Assembly (NCBI GenBank): GCA_041651035.1
Contig: JBAZKC010000003.1
Coordinates: 5,153 to 69,152 of the forward strand
Length of the DNA stretch: 64,000 nt
Direction: 5' to 3'
Origin: Candidatus Omnitrophota bacterium
GTDB lineage: Bacteria > Omnitrophota > Gorgyraeia > Gygaellales > Profunditerraquicolaceae
Shown piece by piece: positions 26,430 through 35,843 of the stretch; the first letter of the stretch is position 1, and each line of letters begins with the position of its first letter. Both the position numbers and the translations under genes were made by a program. Below the pieces are notes generated by a model that searched no databases, had not been told where the DNA came from, and saw nothing but the letters and a program-made list of their open reading frames with translations.

Positions 26430-27821
26430 GTGCCTAAATTGAATAGTTTCTTTAGCAGTTTCCGCATGAAGGTGGCGCTGGTGATGGTAGTTTCTTTGCT
26501 GTTTGCCGCGACACTGGGAAATTACTTCATTTATAAATTTGCCTTTGATTCCAATTTCAGCCAGTTAAGAGACAAGCTTAAGGTGGTCTCTCAGACCGCG
26601 GCTTTGGCAATTGATCCTGAACAGCTTGCCAGTGTGCCTTTGAGCCGCGAGGGCATAAATAGCCCAGCGTATCGGGCGGTCGTGGAAAAACTGGCCGCGA
26701 TAAAACAGGCCAATACCGGCATCAAGTTCATTTATACGATGGCAAAAACAGGCAAAGAAGGGTTGTTGCAGTTCATCGTTGATCCTGATGCCATTACTCC
26801 ACGGACAAAGACCTTTGGCGCGACTTCGTATCCCGGGGATAAATATGACGCGCGGCAATTTCCCGAGATGCTTAATGCTTTTAATGAGGCAGTCTCGGAT
26901 AAAAAGATCGAGTCAGACCAGTGGGGCAAGGCGCTTTCAGCTTACGCTCCTGTCCGGGATAAGGAAGGCAGGGTTATAGCTATACTGGGAGTAGATATGG
27001 CTGCCGATGATGTGTATCTGGTGGAAAAGGCGGTATGGCAGCGCGGGATATTGGTTTTAGTTTTTGGCCTTATTTTCTCTTTGGCCCTGGGCATACTTGT
27101 TTCTCGGCGAGTTACTGATCCCATCGCTGAATTGGCTAAAGGCACCCGCCATATTGCTGCCGGAGACCTGAATTATCAGGTAAATATAAAAGGCAAAGAT
27201 GAGATCGCCGAGTTGGCAAATGCTTTTAATAGCATGGCTGTTAATATTGCCGAAGCGCGCCGCAAAATGCACGATTATTTTTATCGCGCGATGCAATCTT
27301 TGGTGCGGCTCCTGGAATCAAAAGACCAATATACAAGGGGGCATTCTGACAGGGTTGCCAATTTCTCGGAGAAGATCGCCCGGGCAATGGGCTTTGCTTT
27401 GGAAAAGGCAGAGTTGTTGAAAAGAGCGGCGCAACTTCATGATATCGGTAAGCTCGGCATAGATGAAAGGATACTGAACAAGCCTTCTTCATTGACTAAA
27501 GAGGAATTAGAGCTAATTCATCAACACCCCAGGACAGGGGAAGAGATCTTGCGGCCGATAGCCTTTGATGAGGAATTAATAGCTATGGTCAGGTCGCATC
27601 ATGAGCGCTATGACGGCAGCGGTTATCCAAATAAGATCAAAGGTAAGGACCTGGAATTGATATGCCAGATCATCCCGGTTGCCGATGCCTACGACGCGAT
27701 GACCTCCAGCCGTTCATACCGTCCGGCAATGAGTAAGGAAAAGGCAATAGCCTTGCTTAAGAAAGATTCCGGCACGCAGTTTAATCCTAAAGTTGTAGAT
27801 GCCTTATTGAGGGTTATATAA
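26430..27821 (+). CDS. HD-GYP domain c-di-GMP phosphodiesterase with N-terminal TM/periplasmic sensor region and HAMP domain
   Basis: HDIGKLGI…HHERYDGSGYP (HD…GYP); HAMP-like AELAKGTRHIAAGDLNYQV…AELANAFNSMAVNI. Confidence 0.8.
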   Translation: MPKLNSFFSSFRMKVALVMVVSLLFAATLGNYFIYKFAFDSNFSQLRDKLKVVSQTAALAIDPEQLASVPLSREGINSPAYRAVVEKLAAIKQANTGIKFIYTMAKTGKEGLLQFIVDPDAITPRTKTFGATSYPGDKYDARQFPEMLNAFNEAVSDKKIESDQWGKALSAYAPVRDKEGRVIAILGVDMAADDVYLVEKAVWQRGILVLVFGLIFSLALGILVSRRVTDPIAELAKGTRHIAAGDLNYQVNIKGKDEIAELANAFNSMAVNIAEARRKMHDYFYRAMQSLVRLLESKDQYTRGHSDRVANFSEKIARAMGFALEKAELLKRAAQLHDIGKLGIDERILNKPSSLTKEELELIHQHPRTGEEILRPIAFDEELIAMVRSHHERYDGSGYPNKIKGKDLELICQIIPVADAYDAMTSSRSYRPAMSKEKAIALLKKDSGTQFNPKVVDALLRVI

Positions 27822-27860
27822 TGGAGCAGGGAGAGTGGTCAGTTTAAATGGGAGGTAGTT

Positions 27861-28181
27861 ATGTTTTTGGCACTTATCATAATAACCGCGGTAATAGTTA
27901 TATGGTTTGTTATAGGGTATAATCGGGGAGTAGCGGAGAGAAACCGTATAAACCATATATCAAAAGAAAGGCAGCAGGGAGAAAATGCCAGGTTAGAAGA
28001 AAAAAGAAGGATCAAAGCAGAAGAAAGGGCATCTGAGGATCAGGAAGAAAGAAAGCTGCGTATAGAATTGGAAGCTAATGTAAATAAGGTTAGGGAAGGA
28101 AGAGACCTTAGAGAAAAGGAACTGAGGCAGAAGATAGAGGACAGAAAGAAGCGTGAAGCGGAAGATAAAAAGATTGTATAG
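27861..28181 (+). CDS. Hypothetical TM-anchored highly charged (K/E/R) protein
   Basis: N-terminal TM then ERNRINHISKERQQGENARLEEKRR…. Confidence 0.35.
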   Translation: MFLALIIITAVIVIWFVIGYNRGVAERNRINHISKERQQGENARLEEKRRIKAEERASEDQEERKLRIELEANVNKVREGRDLREKELRQKIEDRKKREAEDKKIV

Positions 28182-28203
28182 AACAGATGAAAGAGGTGGG
28201 AAT

Positions 28204-28605
28204 ATGAAAAAGATATTTCTCGTATTAATCGCAGCCGCGTTTGCCGGTTCTGTGTGTTTTGCGCAGGAGCCGTCGAAAAAAGCTGATGAAAAGGCCCAGG
28301 AACCCAATACTTTCAAAGGAACGATTGAATCCATCGCGAAGGTTGCCCATACAAGATCAATAAGGCCATATTGTAAGATCGTAGTCGCTAACGATAAAGG
28401 GCGCAGCGCTACTTTTTACATAACTAAAAATACCGCTATTAGCGATGTTGATAATAAGCAGTTGCCCGGTAACCTGCTTAGTTTAGAGACAGGCAGAAAA
28501 GTAAAAGTAAAATATTCAAACACAGCGATTGGCGAAACCATAACAGACGGCCACTCGGTATCAAATAACCAAAATGTAGCCAGTTCGGTCAGCTACCTTG
28601 AATAA
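28204..28605 (+). CDS. Hypothetical secreted protein
   Basis: Signal peptide MKKIFLVLIAAAFAGSVCFA after RBS GAGGTGGG (the track ORF starts at 28153). Confidence 0.4.
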   Translation: MKKIFLVLIAAAFAGSVCFAQEPSKKADEKAQEPNTFKGTIESIAKVAHTRSIRPYCKIVVANDKGRSATFYITKNTAISDVDNKQLPGNLLSLETGRKVKVKYSNTAIGETITDGHSVSNNQNVASSVSYLE

Positions 28606-30637
28606 AAAAATAGACTACCAAAAAGAATTAAACCCCGCCCAGTTTGAGGCCGCGCGATCAACCGAAGGCCAGTATCTGGTTATTGCCGGGGCAGGCAGCG
28701 GCAAGACCCGCACGCTGGTATACCGCGTAGCTTACCTGGTTGAAAAAGGGGTCAGGCCCGACGAGATACTGCTGCTTACTTTTACCCGCAAAGCGGCGGA
28801 AGAAATGCTCAGGCGCGCCTCATTGCTTTTGGATGAACGCTGCCAGAAAGTCTCCGGAGGCACGTTCCATTCTTTTGCCAACGCTACTTTAAGGAAATAC
28901 GCCAGGCTTATCGGGATAGCCAATAATTTCACCATTATGGACCGTTCCGATTCCGAGGACGCGGTAAACCTGGTGCGCGCGCAGATGGGGTTTAATAAGA
29001 TGGATAAGCGTTTTCCCAGGAAGCGGGCGATCGCGGAAATAATTTCCATCAGCGTCAATAAATCCGAGGCGATTGAAGACGTGGTTTACGACGAATACCC
29101 GCAATTTATGGAGTGGACGGATGAAATTGAGAAAATAAATAAGGGCTATAAAGAGTATAAATATTCCAAGTCGCTATTGGATTACGATGACCTGCTGGTT
29201 TATTTAAAAGATCTGCTGGTAAAGCATGACGACGTGCGCCTTGCCCTGGCGAATAAATATAAGTATATTATGGTTGATGAATACCAGGATACCAATAAGC
29301 TGCAGGCTTATATTGTCAGCCTCTTAGCCTGTGAGCATAAGAATATCATGGTTGTAGGGGATGATTCGCAGAGTATTTATTCTTTCCGCGGCGCCAATTT
29401 CAAAAATATCATGGATTTCCCCGCTATTTTTAAGGGCGCTAAAGTTATTACCTTAGAGGAGAATTACCGCTCCACGCAGCCCATTCTGGATATGACCAAT
29501 GAGGTGATACGTTTCGCGAAAGAAAAATTCAAAAAGAGCCTGTTTACGCAAAGGCGGGGAGGAAAGCCCCCTGTTTTTATCGATGCTAAGGATGAAAATG
29601 GCCAATCCAGGTTTATCGCGGATAAGATACTGGAATTAAGGGAAGAGGGCGTAGAGCTGGGGGATATCGCGGTGCTTTTTCGTTCCGGGTGGCATTCAAA
29701 CGACCTGGAAGTAGAATTGGCAAACCGCAATATTCCTTTTGTCAAATACGGCGGCCAGAAATTCGTCGAGGCGGCGCACATCAAGGATGTGATAGCGTAT
29801 CTGCGCCTGGCCTCTAACCGCCTTGACCAGGTAAGTTATTACCGGGTGCTTTTGCTGTTAAAGGGCGTAGGCCCTAAGACCGCCGAGCGCGTAATCGGGG
29901 AATTAATGGCGCATAAATCCGGTTTTAACATTGGCCCTAAGTTTATTGATAAGATAGAGGGTTTAAAAGAACTGTTGGAGTTATTAAAGGAAACAGACGC
30001 GGAGAAACAAAGCCCCGCGGATATAATCCATGTTTTCCTGAAATATTACCAGCCGCTGCTTAAGGAAAAATATGATGATTTTAACAAGCGCCTTAATGAC
30101 CTGGATTCGCTGGAGCGTATAGCCACAAGGTATAAAACATTGGAACAATTTCTTACAGATATGGCGCTTGAACCTCCCGAGAAAAACATTATTGAAAGCG
30201 GCAGGAGGGACAAGGATGATTCCACTCTGACTTTATCTACTATTCATTCCGCCAAAGGCCTTGAGTGGCATACGGTATTTGTTATTTATGTGGCAGAAGG
30301 GCATTTGCCGTCATATCTGTCTCTGGAAGACAGCGAAGCGATTGAAGAGGAGCGCAGGCTTTTTTATGTCGCTGTAACGCGCGCGAAAGAGAACTTGTTT
30401 CTGCTAAAGCCCCGCGTTGACAGGTCACCCAGGAGTTATTTTGATGCCAGCGGGTCGGTATTTACTTCGGTATCGCGGTTCCTGGAAGAAGGGGATATCT
30501 TAGGCAGGTTTATGGACAGCGAAAGCGCGGATTCAGGCAGCCTGGATGATATTTTAGGGGAAGATATAACAGGCTCAAGGCGGGCGCCCAACAAAGAATT
30601 GCTTGAGACAATGAAGAAGTATTACCGCGATGTCTAA
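28598..30637 (+). CDS. UvrD/PcrA/Rep-family ATP-dependent DNA helicase
   Basis: LVIAGAGSGKTRTLVYR (motif I), TFTRKAAEEM (Ia), VDEYQDTN (II), motif VI …VAVTRAKE. Confidence 0.85.
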   Translation: MNKKIDYQKELNPAQFEAARSTEGQYLVIAGAGSGKTRTLVYRVAYLVEKGVRPDEILLLTFTRKAAEEMLRRASLLLDERCQKVSGGTFHSFANATLRKYARLIGIANNFTIMDRSDSEDAVNLVRAQMGFNKMDKRFPRKRAIAEIISISVNKSEAIEDVVYDEYPQFMEWTDEIEKINKGYKEYKYSKSLLDYDDLLVYLKDLLVKHDDVRLALANKYKYIMVDEYQDTNKLQAYIVSLLACEHKNIMVVGDDSQSIYSFRGANFKNIMDFPAIFKGAKVITLEENYRSTQPILDMTNEVIRFAKEKFKKSLFTQRRGGKPPVFIDAKDENGQSRFIADKILELREEGVELGDIAVLFRSGWHSNDLEVELANRNIPFVKYGGQKFVEAAHIKDVIAYLRLASNRLDQVSYYRVLLLLKGVGPKTAERVIGELMAHKSGFNIGPKFIDKIEGLKELLELLKETDAEKQSPADIIHVFLKYYQPLLKEKYDDFNKRLNDLDSLERIATRYKTLEQFLTDMALEPPEKNIIESGRRDKDDSTLTLSTIHSAKGLEWHTVFVIYVAEGHLPSYLSLEDSEAIEEERRLFYVAVTRAKENLFLLKPRVDRSPRSYFDASGSVFTSVSRFLEEGDILGRFMDSESADSGSLDDILGEDITGSRRAPNKELLETMKKYYRDV

Positions 30638-30655
30638 ATCAAAGGGAAAAATCAA

Positions 30656-30692
30656 GGGGACGGTTCTCTTCGAGAACCGTCCCCTAGTTTTT
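30656..30692 (+). terminator. Perfect palindrome GGGGACGGTTCTC-ttcg-GAGAACCGTCCCC plus TAGTTTTT (terminator-like; member of repeat family B)
   Basis: Direct inspection; same 13-bp arms recur at 33865-33893. Confidence 0.5.
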
Positions 30693-30920
30693 GAGCAGTT
30701 CTCCTAGTTTTCCCTTGACAATGCCCTTTTTGGTGGTATAGTTAGTATTGACAATTTGGCAGAGCGTGACTGGTGGTCAACATGGGAAACCATGAGGAAG
30801 CGCTTCTAACAGATAGCTAAAACCGTACACCTGGGTTTTTTAAACCAGGTGTTTTTATTTTATAAGCACCCCGGCTTATTGGATTGCCGGGTGCGCCCTT
30901 TCTGGGCAGGGGGTGGTAGC

Positions 30921-33131
30921 ATGTTTACAAGAGGAAGATGGGACAAGACGATAGACGTAAGGGACTTTATCAACAGGAATTATACTCCTTATGACGGTGA
31001 CGGGGCATTTTTAAGCGGGCCTACTCTAAGGACAAAGGCTCTTTGGGAAAAATGCCTGAAACTTTTTGAGCAGGAGAGAAAAAAGGGCGGCGTATACGAT
31101 ATAGATACGCAAACCGTATCTACCATAACCAGCCATAAGGCCGGTTATATAGATAAAAAGCTGGAGATCATTAAAGGGCTTCAGACAGACCAGCCGTTAA
31201 AAAGGGCTATTAAGCCTTTAGGCGGTATCCGGCTGGTGGAAGAGGCCTGCCAGGATTATGGCTATAAACTCAGCCCGCGTGTAAAAGAAATTTACACTAA
31301 ATACCGCACGACCCACAATGACGCGGTGTTTGACGCCTATACCGCGGATATATTAAAAGCCAGGCATACCGGGTTAATCACCGGTTTGCCGGATAATTAT
31401 TCCCGCGGCAGAATAATAGGCGATTTTAGAAGAGTAGCGCTTTATGGCGTAAAAAAGCTTATCGCCGCCAAGAATAACGATAAAAAGACGCTTGAAGATC
31501 ATTCTACCCCGGAAGCTATAAGATTAAGAGGGGAATTGGCAGAGCAGATCAAGGCGCTTGAAGATATTATAGCGTTAGGCAATATGTACGGGTTTGACCT
31601 TTCCCGACCGGCGGAAAACGCCAGGGAAGCGGTGCAGTGGACGTATCTTGCTTATTTATCATCCATAAAAGAGCAGGACGGTGCTGCCATGAGCTTAGGC
31701 AGTGTGAGCAATTTCTTTGATATATACATAGAAAATGACTTAAAGCGCGGGCTTATTACAGAAGAGCAGGCCCAGGAATTGATAGATGATTTCGTAATAA
31801 AACTACGGTTAGTAAGGCACCTGCGCACAAAATCATATTCGGAAATATTCGCCGGGGACCCGGTATGGATCACGGAGAGTATCGGCGGCGTAGGGATAGA
31901 CGGAAGGCACAAGATCACAAAAAGCTCTTACAGGTTTTTACAGACACTCTTTAATTTGGGGGCAGCGCCTGAACCGAACCTTACTGTGCTTTGGTCGTTT
32001 CGCCTGCCTGAGTCTTTCAAGGAATTTTGCAGCCAGGTATCCATAAAGACCAGCTCCATACAATATGAAAATGACGACATAATGCGCCTTATCGGCGGAG
32101 ATGATTACAGTATATCCTGCTGCGTGTCTTTGCTTAAAAATGGCAGTGAAATGCAGTATTTCGGGGCGCGCTGCAATCTGCCTAAGGTGCTGCTGTACGC
32201 TTTAAATGAAGGCAGGGATGAAATAACCGGTGAAAAAGTCGTCCCCGATATCACGCCTATCCAGTCTAATCCTTTAAACCATAGTGAAGTAAAAGAAAAA
32301 TTCCAGCAGGTCTTAAAGTGGACAGTCCGCACTTATGTGGAGGCCCTTAATATTATCCATTCCAGCCACGATACATACTATTATGAAAGGGCGCAGATGG
32401 CGTTATTGGATACCGCGCTCACCCGCTATATGGCTTTTGGTATTGCCGGGCTTTCAGTGGCCGCTGATTCTTTAAGCGCCATACGCTACGCTAAGGTAAG
32501 GGCTGTCAGGAACAAAAAGAACCTGACTACTTCCTTTAAGGTTGAAGGGGATTTTCCGAAATTCGGCAATGACGATGACCGCGTTGACGGCAGGGCGGTT
32601 GACCTGGTGAGTTCTTTTCTGGCGGAACTAAAGAAACATAAGCTTTACCGCGATTCAGTGCCGGCAGTATCCATACTTACCATAACTTCAAATGTGATGT
32701 ACGGAAAGAAAACAGGCGCTACTCCTGATGGAAGGGCTAAGGGTGTGCCTTTTGCCCCGGGCGCTAATCCCATGCACGGAAGGGATGAGAACGGGATCAT
32801 CGCTTCGCTTAATTCCGTAGCCGCTATTCCCTATACTGAATGCCGCGACGGGATATCCAATACTTTTTCCGCGATCCCTCAGGCGTTGGGCAGCAACCAG
32901 GAAAGCAGGATCGCGAATTTAAAAGGCCTGCTGGATGGTTATTTCCTGAAGGGCGCACAGCATTTAAACGTTAATGTCATAGACAAAAATACCTTAAGAG
33001 ACGCCATCAGGCATCCGCATAAGTATCCGCAGCTTACTATCAGGGTATCCGGTTACGCGGTGCATTTTAATAAATTATCCGCTGAACAGCAAAAGGAAGT
33101 TTTAGCAAGGACGTTCCATGAAAGTATGTAA
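30921..33131 (+). CDS. pflB: Formate C-acetyltransferase (pyruvate formate-lyase)
   Basis: N-terminus [35 protein letters not shown] matches the canonical PFL start; glycine-radical motif RVSGYAVHF near the C-terminus; true start taken at 30921 after GGGGGTGG. Confidence 0.9.
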   Translation: MFTRGRWDKTIDVRDFINRNYTPYDGDGAFLSGPTLRTKALWEKCLKLFEQERKKGGVYDIDTQTVSTITSHKAGYIDKKLEIIKGLQTDQPLKRAIKPLGGIRLVEEACQDYGYKLSPRVKEIYTKYRTTHNDAVFDAYTADILKARHTGLITGLPDNYSRGRIIGDFRRVALYGVKKLIAAKNNDKKTLEDHSTPEAIRLRGELAEQIKALEDIIALGNMYGFDLSRPAENAREAVQWTYLAYLSSIKEQDGAAMSLGSVSNFFDIYIENDLKRGLITEEQAQELIDDFVIKLRLVRHLRTKSYSEIFAGDPVWITESIGGVGIDGRHKITKSSYRFLQTLFNLGAAPEPNLTVLWSFRLPESFKEFCSQVSIKTSSIQYENDDIMRLIGGDDYSISCCVSLLKNGSEMQYFGARCNLPKVLLYALNEGRDEITGEKVVPDITPIQSNPLNHSEVKEKFQQVLKWTVRTYVEALNIIHSSHDTYYYERAQMALLDTALTRYMAFGIAGLSVAADSLSAIRYAKVRAVRNKKNLTTSFKVEGDFPKFGNDDDRVDGRAVDLVSSFLAELKKHKLYRDSVPAVSILTITSNVMYGKKTGATPDGRAKGVPFAPGANPMHGRDENGIIASLNSVAAIPYTECRDGISNTFSAIPQALGSNQESRIANLKGLLDGYFLKGAQHLNVNVIDKNTLRDAIRHPHKYPQLTIRVSGYAVHFNKLSAEQQKEVLARTFHESM

Positions 33132-33903
33132 AGCAGGAAAGACCGCGGGTAATGTCCATTCTGTTGAAACCTTTGGCGCTAATGAAGGGCCGGGGATCAG
33201 GTTTATAGTTTTCCTGCAAGGCTGCCTAAGCCGCTGTGTCTATTGCCAGAATCCCGATACCTGGAAAGAAGGCGCGGGAAAAACGATGTGGGCAGAAGAA
33301 ATAATAAAAAGGCTGGATAAATGCCTGCCTTATATTAAATCTTCCCATGGAGGCATAACTGTTTCAGGGGGAGAGCCGCTTTTGCAGATGGATTTCTTGC
33401 GCGAGCTGTTTCGGCTTTGTAAAGATAGGAAAGTGCATACTGCCATAGATACCAGCGCGTTTTACCGCGAAAGCGATGAATCAAAACTAGCCGCGCTCCT
33501 GGATTTAACTGATTTGTTCATTGTGGATATAAAGGCAGCCGGCAAAGAGCTGCATAAGCGCATGACCTCAAAAAACCTGGAGCAGGTAACCGGGTTCATT
33601 AAGCTGCTTGAGGATAATAAGAAACCATACTGGATACGCTATGTTTTGGTTCCCGGCTTAAACGATTCCCAGCAGGATTTAAATGAATTGAGCAGTTTAG
33701 TACGTACTTTTCGCTATTGCCGTAAACTCGAATTCCTGCCTTATCATACCCTGGGAAAACATAAATGGAAGAACCTTGGCTTAAAGTATCCTTTAGAAGG
33801 TAAAAAAGCGGCTACGGTTGGAGATATAAAGAAGGCGCAACAGGGACTGGGTCCGATAAAACGCGGGGACGGTTCTCAAAGAGAACCGTCCCCTTTATTC
33901 TAA
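33118..33903 (+). CDS. pflA: Pyruvate formate-lyase activating enzyme (radical SAM)
   Basis: [14 protein letters not shown] (CxxxCxxC) plus the glycine-radical activase pattern; overlaps the pflB stop. Confidence 0.85.
   Translation: MKVCKAGKTAGNVHSVETFGANEGPGIRFIVFLQGCLSRCVYCQNPDTWKEGAGKTMWAEEIIKRLDKCLPYIKSSHGGITVSGGEPLLQMDFLRELFRLCKDRKVHTAIDTSAFYRESDESKLAALLDLTDLFIVDIKAAGKELHKRMTSKNLEQVTGFIKLLEDNKKPYWIRYVLVPGLNDSQQDLNELSSLVRTFRYCRKLEFLPYHTLGKHKWKNLGLKYPLEGKKAATVGDIKKAQQGLGPIKRGDGSQREPSPLF
33865..33893 (+). repeat. Palindrome GGGGACGGTTCTC-aaa-GAGAACCGTCCCC (repeat family B) embedded in the last 12 codons of pflA
   Basis: Encodes …[12 protein letters not shown]. Confidence 0.5.
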
Positions 33904-34048
33904 AAGGAAGTAGAAGATGGCAAATGCCCTTACCTAATATATGTGGCATATATAATAGCTATATAAAATTATCCAAAGATATTGCCGCGGCTGCGGCGGG
34001 TATGTTGGGTACTATCAGCGTAAATAAACGGGAAACTAACAAAGGTAA

Positions 34049-34906
34049 TTGACCTTGAGCTTCAGGAATGATAATTTTATAGAGCGCTCGGTATTTAGCG
34101 CCGTTTCTTTCTTAAAGGAGTCCGTTTTCTCGGATGAAATAGCTTCGCGAAAAGGATTCCTGCAGTTTATAGACCCCCGCGTTAAAGCAGTATCTTTTGC
34201 GTTGTTCCTGATATCCGCGCTTATTATAAAAAGTATCCCGCTTTTGGCATTTATGTATTTAACATGCCTTTTATTGGCCTGTTCCTCTGGAATACAATTA
34301 GGGTTTTTCTTAAGAAGGACTTGGTTGTTTATACCGCTGTTTTCTCTTTTTATAGCCATACCCGCGTTATTCAGTATCATCAGCCCGGGAGAGCCGTTAT
34401 TTATTCTCCGGCTGGCGGGGATAAGATTGATCATTAGCAGGCAGGGGTTGTCCGCGGCAGTATTATTCCTGCTGCGCGTCGTAACCAGCGTATCCCTTGC
34501 CATTCTTTTAAGCTTGGTTACCCGGCATAACGAATTGCTGTCGGTTTTGCGAACCTTTAAGATACCCCAGGTTTTTGTTATGACGCTGGGTATGTGTTAC
34601 AGGTATATCTATCTTTTTGCCGGTATATTAGAAAATACTTATTTTGCTATTAAGAGCCGCGCGGGCGGCATAAGGGCAGACTATAAGCAAGGCCGGGGGA
34701 TAGCGGCCTGGAATATGGCCAGCCTCTGGCAGAGGTCAAGGCATTTAAATGAAGAGGTGTATAAGGCCATGCTCTCCAGGGGTTATACGGGAGAGCCGCG
34801 TTTATTAGATGAATTTAGAATTAACAGCGGGGATTGGCTTTGGTTATTTTTCGCGGCGCTAATTTCTGTTTTGGTTATCTATTTGGATAAGATATGGGCG
34901 ATTTGA
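34049..34906 (+). CDS. ECF-type transporter transmembrane T component (CbiQ/EcfT family)
   Basis: Multi-TM protein with the CbiQ-like pattern, immediately upstream of the ABC ATPase; exact start uncertain. Confidence 0.65.
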   Translation: MTLSFRNDNFIERSVFSAVSFLKESVFSDEIASRKGFLQFIDPRVKAVSFALFLISALIIKSIPLLAFMYLTCLLLACSSGIQLGFFLRRTWLFIPLFSLFIAIPALFSIISPGEPLFILRLAGIRLIISRQGLSAAVLFLLRVVTSVSLAILLSLVTRHNELLSVLRTFKIPQVFVMTLGMCYRYIYLFAGILENTYFAIKSRAGGIRADYKQGRGIAAWNMASLWQRSRHLNEEVYKAMLSRGYTGEPRLLDEFRINSGDWLWLFFAALISVLVIYLDKIWAI

Positions 34907-35706
34907 TATATGAATTAAAGGGTGTCTATTTTTCGTATCTGGCTAAGTTCCCCGCCTTATGCGGCATAGATATGAATATAAAGCGGGGCGAGAAGCTGGC
35001 GGTGATAGGCGCTAACGGCTCCGGGAAATCCACGCTTTTACAAATCCTCGACGGGATCATCTTTCCCGATAAGGGCAGCCTGAAGGCTTTTGGCAGGGAG
35101 TTAAAAGAAAGCGCGTTTGACGATGAAAGTTTCTCTAAGTATTTCCGGAGCAAAGTAGGATTAGCTTTTCAGAATTCCGATGCCCAGTTGTTCTGCCCTA
35201 CGGTAAAAGAAGATATTATTTTCGGGCCGTTACAGCTGGGGGTTGCAAAAGAAGAGATCAAAAAGCGCCTGGATAAGCTGGTTGCTATCTTGGGGCTAGG
35301 AGGCCTCTTAGACAGGCCGCCGTATCAATTAAGCGTAGGAGAAAAGCGCAAGGTTTCTATAGCTTCTACTTTGGCTGTTGAGCCGGATGTCATAATATTA
35401 GATGAGCCTACCGCCGGGCTTGATCCTTTGACCTCAAGGCATATCTTAGATATCGTTATTCAGGCCAACCTCGACGGTAAAACGGTTATCACCGCTACTC
35501 ATGACCTGCATATCGTAGAAGAAATATCCGACACAGTCTATGTGTTAAGCCGTGATAAAAAAATAGCCAGGGCCTGTCCGCCGCATGAATTACTGGAGGA
35601 CAGCCGGTTTTTAGAAGAGCATAATCTTGTCCATATCCATAGCCATAGGCATAAAGACCAGGTGCATACCCATCCGCATGAGCATTTGGGGCATCATTTT
35701 ATTTAA
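34894..35706 (+). CDS. ECF transporter ATPase (CbiO/EcfA family) with a His-rich C-terminal tail
   Basis: Walker A GANGSGKST, signature LSVGEKRKVSIAS, Walker B IILDEPTAGLD, tail HIHSHRHKDQVHTHPHEHLGHH. Confidence 0.8.
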   Translation: MGDLIYELKGVYFSYLAKFPALCGIDMNIKRGEKLAVIGANGSGKSTLLQILDGIIFPDKGSLKAFGRELKESAFDDESFSKYFRSKVGLAFQNSDAQLFCPTVKEDIIFGPLQLGVAKEEIKKRLDKLVAILGLGGLLDRPPYQLSVGEKRKVSIASTLAVEPDVIILDEPTAGLDPLTSRHILDIVIQANLDGKTVITATHDLHIVEEISDTVYVLSRDKKIARACPPHELLEDSRFLEEHNLVHIHSHRHKDQVHTHPHEHLGHHFI

Positions 35707-35735
35707 GTTAGGGACAGCAGTTTGATTTTTGTGTC

Positions 35736-35810
35736 CCGCCTCGTAAGATATGCTAAAATTTTTCTCGTTCCTTTTCTAGGAACTCGGATAATTTTAGCAT
35801 ACTCGGCGGG
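35736..35810 (+). promoter_or_regulatory. Nested long inverted repeat in the ecfA-asmA intergenic region
   Basis: Outer arms CCGCCTCGTAAGATATGCTAAAATT / AATTTTAGCATACTCGGCGGG around inner CGTTCCT-tttct-AGGAACT; preceded by hairpin GGGACA…TGTCCC at 35711-35736. Confidence 0.4.
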
Positions 35811-35843
35811 ATGGTTTTCCGATAAGCAATAGAGAGAAAACCT

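Noticed and set aside
26565-27492. Multiple short ORFs on both strands within the HD-GYP gene
   Set aside because: They are embedded in a well-supported coding region and are frame-shadow artefacts of the GC-richer sequence.
28598-30637. UvrD-like helicase as Gabija GajB
   Set aside because: No adjacent GajA (ATPase-TOPRIM). It sits in core context followed by pflBA.
34036-34503. 155-aa minus-strand ORF overlapping the ecfT start
   Set aside because: It overlaps a motif-supported transporter gene, has no RBS, and has low-complexity composition.
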